From NCBI GenBank assembly GCA_963666205.1, contig OY762654.1:1728001-1792000 (forward strand): DNA of 64,000 bases, written 5' to 3'. Numbering within the stretch: position 1 is the stretch's first letter; the number at the start of each line of letters is the position of its first letter. A program made the position numbers and the translations under genes. Below are positions 61,133 to 64,000 of this stretch, one piece after another. The notes below the pieces were generated by a model. It was given only the letters and a program-made list of their open reading frames with translations, was not told the origin of the DNA and did not search any database. This stretch comes from Synergistales bacterium. Its GTDB lineage: Bacteria; Synergistota; Synergistia; Synergistales; JAFGMB01.

Positions 61133-61672
61133 TCACCGCCATCGACCTCTACCTCCCGGACCCCGGCCATGACCGCCCTTTCTTCCAGGACCGAAACCTG
61201 AACATGGAGGTCCTGCGATGTCATTTTCGGGGAAATTTCTATGGCATTCATCGCAGACGGCCGCTATTTCCAGTGTCTGGGGGAGGAAGTGAAATGCCTC
61301 TTCCTCAACCCATTTCCTGACCATAGCCTCTTTGCCTGTTTCATCCTCCATGTGTATTACCTTGCCGCAGATCCTGCAGTATACGTGAAAGTGCATCTTT
61401 TGACCTGGAAGTTCAAAACGGTAAAACCCTTCCTCCAAATTAACCAGGTTCAGGAGCCCAAGCCTGGATAGAAGGTTTACAGTACGGTAGATGGTGGCGA
61501 TCCCGATAGTCGGGTCCTCTGCCTGCGCCAATTCCCTGAGATCGTTAACGCTGCAATGTTTTCCCGAGTTTTCGATGAGGGTCCTTATGATGATTTCCCG
61601 CTGACTGGTAAGGCGGAAGCCCCTTTTTTTCAGTTCTTCCCTATATTGGTCGCTCAGCTTTCCAGGTAACAT
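61133..61672 (-). CDS. fur: Fur family transcriptional regulator with Gly/Arg-rich tail
   Basis: RLTSQR, IGIATIYRT, HFHVYCRICG, C-terminal CxxC. Confidence 0.88.
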   Translation of the reverse strand: MLPGKLSDQYREELKKRGFRLTSQREIIIRTLIENSGKHCSVNDLRELAQAEDPTIGIATIYRTVNLLSRLGLLNLVNLEEGFYRFELPGQKMHFHVYCRICGKVIHMEDETGKEAMVRKWVEEEAFHFLPQTLEIAAVCDECHRNFPENDIAGPPCSGFGPGRKGGHGRGPGGRGRWR

Positions 61673-61751
61673 CTTGTTCCTCCAGAAGGTTATGTTCTCT
61701 TTATGAATTTTACATTGACCCTTGACAATATAACATATACAGGTCTAGAAT

Positions 61752-61770
61752 GCTAATGATAATCATTATC
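61752..61770. promoter_or_regulatory. Fur box
   Basis: GCTAATGATAATCATTATC, 18/19 match to the classical GATAATGATAATCATTATC. Confidence 0.85.
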
Positions 61771-61985
61771 ACTAATTGAATCTCCTGATATGCGATACAT
61801 GAGTAATGATCCTGTATTTCCGACTCTGGTTTTGCTGACACTATTTTTGTAAGTATTGTACTGGAGTTTCCAGAGAAACGGGTTTCTTCTGGCCATTCTG
61901 AATTTACTTATCCTGATCATGTATTGCTATAAGAGGACAATACATCTTTCCAAAGGGAGAGATGAACTTCAAGGAGGCGATACAA

Positions 61986-62261
61986 ATGCCGAGATTTAAC
62001 GGAAGAGGGCCAAGAGGTATGGGTCCCGGAACAGGATGGGGCCTTGGTCCCTGTGGAGCAGGCAGAGCCTGGGGCCGTGGAGGCGGATATGGGTATGGCT
62101 GGAGAGTGCCTATGGCAGACAGTGGTTATTATCCTCCATATGCTGCGCCTGTACAGCCTGCACCCCAGGATGAAAAGGTCTTTCTTCAGGATCAGCTGGA
62201 CTATCTTGAATCTGAAGTCAGGCGGATACGGGAAAGAATGGATGATCTCGATAAGGCTTAA
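61986..62261 (+). CDS. DUF5320 family Gly-rich protein
   Basis: MPxxxGxGPxGxGPxTGxGxGxC N-terminus and C-terminal coiled coil; AAGGAGG RBS. Confidence 0.85.
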   Translation: MPRFNGRGPRGMGPGTGWGLGPCGAGRAWGRGGGYGYGWRVPMADSGYYPPYAAPVQPAPQDEKVFLQDQLDYLESEVRRIRERMDDLDKA

Positions 62262-62438
62262 CCCTGATCTTTTCTTCTTACCCCATGTTAACTTTCTTTA
62301 AGAGAGGGGAGTTTTCTCTCCTCTCTTGATTTTGTCTGTTTCTCCGATACAATCAGGGAATGCCAATTGCCAACTGAACAGAATAATCAATATCAATAAA
62401 CCATTATTTTAGATGGAACAAGAAAATCAACGGAGGAC

Positions 62439-63293
62439 GTGATCTCGGAAATGTTTCGAATAGCAGTTGCAAGCGGCAAGGGAGGTACCGGAAAAACGTG
62501 TGTTGCCTCATCACTTGCATTGACGGCAGGTCAGGCTGTTGCCGTTGATGTGGATGTGGAAGAACCCAACCTTGCTATTCTTATGGGAACAGAAATGAGA
62601 CATCATCTTGATGTTACAGTACCTCTTCCCGTAATAAATGAAGATAAATGTACAAAATGTGGTAAATGTGCCGAGGCCTGCCGTTTTGGAGCCCTGGCCA
62701 TTTTTCCTGACAAATATCCTATCCTTAACAGTTCTCTCTGTAATGGTTGCGGTACATGTTCTATTGTCTGTCCATATTCTGCCATAACTGAAACGAAAAG
62801 AGTAGTTGGAGAATTGAATTACGGGGAAGAAGGATCTATCAGGATACTTGAAGGGCGTCTTAATGTAGGTGTCTACAATGCCATACCTATCATCGAGAAG
62901 ACTCTTAATGAAGCTGAAAAATGGGACACTACCCATGTGATAGACTGTTCTCCCGGCACATCCTGTCCCATGGTGGCAGCGGTGGGGCGGGCCGATTATG
63001 TGGTTTTAGTGACAGAACCGACTCCCTTTGGCCTGGCGGATCTTGCTCTTGCCCTTACGGTGGTCAGGGATCTTGGCATACCGGCAGGAGTAGTGGTCAA
63101 CAGGGCAGATCTTTCCGGAGGGGATCTGGGTCCTCTATGTGACAAGTTCGGAGTGGATGTTATTGCCAGTCTGCCCTTTTCAAGACAGGTCGCGAAAGCC
63201 TATGCCAGTGGTATTTCCCCAATCAGGGTCGATGCAAACTGGCGGGAGGCTATGAAAAAAGTATTAAACAGGGCAGAGGAGGCACTTCAATGA
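62439..63293 (+). CDS. MinD-superfamily P-loop ATPase with inserted 2x[4Fe-4S] ferredoxin
   Basis: SGKGGTGKT, DVDVEEPN, two CxxCxxCxxxC, VTEPTPFG. Confidence 0.92.
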   Translation: MISEMFRIAVASGKGGTGKTCVASSLALTAGQAVAVDVDVEEPNLAILMGTEMRHHLDVTVPLPVINEDKCTKCGKCAEACRFGALAIFPDKYPILNSSLCNGCGTCSIVCPYSAITETKRVVGELNYGEEGSIRILEGRLNVGVYNAIPIIEKTLNEAEKWDTTHVIDCSPGTSCPMVAAVGRADYVVLVTEPTPFGLADLALALTVVRDLGIPAGVVVNRADLSGGDLGPLCDKFGVDVIASLPFSRQVAKAYASGISPIRVDANWREAMKKVLNRAEEALQ

Positions 63294-64000
63294 GACCTCG
63301 TGAAGTTGTTATTGTAAGCGGCAAGGGGGGTACGGGAAAGACATCCCTTTCTTCGGTTCTCTGTGCAAAGGCAGCCGGAAAAGCCGTTTTTGCAGATACT
63401 GACGTTGACGCGCCGGATCTCTGGATACTTCTTAAGCCCGAAGAAAAGAAGCGTTTTGTTTTCCACGGTCTTGAAAAGGCAAAGGTTGATCAGGGAAAAT
63501 GTATAGGCTGCGGAAAATGTGCCCGAACCTGCCGATTCAACGCCATAGAACTCCAGGATGGAAAGGCTTTTGTTAACACCACTTTCTGTGAGGGCTGTGC
63601 GGCCTGCACTTATGTTTGCCCCACGAAATGTATTTCCCTTGAGCAGATAACACAGGGGCATTACTTTTACGGTGAGACAGAGCATGGTCCCATGTGGCAT
63701 GCTCTCCTTGATCCGGGTGGAGAGAATTCTGGAATGCTTGTTTCACTCATCAGAAGATCTTCAGCTGAAACCGCAGAGGATATGGGGCTTCCCCTGATAG
63801 TGATTGATGGACCTCCCGGAGTTGCCTGTCCGGCTATATCGACCCTCACAGGAGCTGACCTGGCGGTTGTTGTAACGGAGCCGACCCTTTCGGGCTGGCA
63901 CGATCTCAAAAGAGTCGGAGAACTCTGTCGGCAGTTGAGAGTTCCCATGACCGTAGTGATAAACAAGTACGATCTTGCCCCCGATGAAGCCGAAAATATT
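63290..64000 (+). CDS. Second MinD-superfamily ATPase with ferredoxin domain (truncated by window end)
   Basis: MRPREVVIVSGKGGTGKTS, DTDVDAPDL, CIGCGKC, CEGCAAC, DGPPGVACP; ATGA overlap with the previous gene. Confidence 0.9.
   Translation, partial: MRPREVVIVSGKGGTGKTSLSSVLCAKAAGKAVFADTDVDAPDLWILLKPEEKKRFVFHGLEKAKVDQGKCIGCGKCARTCRFNAIELQDGKAFVNTTFCEGCAACTYVCPTKCISLEQITQGHYFYGETEHGPMWHALLDPGGENSGMLVSLIRRSSAETAEDMGLPLIVIDGPPGVACPAISTLTGADLAVVVTEPTLSGWHDLKRVGELCRQLRVPMTVVINKYDLAPDEAENI

Overview
A 64-kb bacterial chromosomal window, most consistent with an anaerobic amino-acid-fermenting Synergistota genome. The basis is a diderm envelope (FadL-like barrel, AsmA/TamB-like protein), paired buk/ptb genes, several HD-GYP proteins and a class IV transaminase resembling the Aminobacterium D-amino-acid transaminase; the taxonomy is inferred from recall, not searched. 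The window looks origin-proximal: rsmG-parA-parB, two parS palindromes and a co-oriented DnaA-box cluster at ~10.9 kb, with no dnaA gene in view. It also holds an initiator tRNA-fMet, DNA-repair genes, two TRAP-transporter catabolic loci, three PAS/GAF/HD-GYP proteins and a Fur-controlled DUF5320/MinD-ferredoxin operon. The strongest candidates for something undescribed are: (1) a ~14-kb locus combining a TAXI-TRAP transporter, a MurI paralogue with an altered motif, a HOGA1-like aldolase, an AspC-type aminotransferase, a duplicated alanine-glyoxylate aminotransferase and a 2-hydroxyacid dehydrogenase, which reads as a 4-hydroxyglutamate / 4-hydroxy-2-oxoglutarate utilisation pathway; (2) an unannotated candidate selenoprotein with an in-frame Cys-UGA-x3-Cys motif and a SECIS-like hairpin; (3) a leader-peptide attenuator before a transporter/amidohydrolase operon; (4) an exact 1250-bp duplication whose terminator hairpin is inverted between copies. 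No CRISPR array, rRNA, intact IS or prophage was seen.
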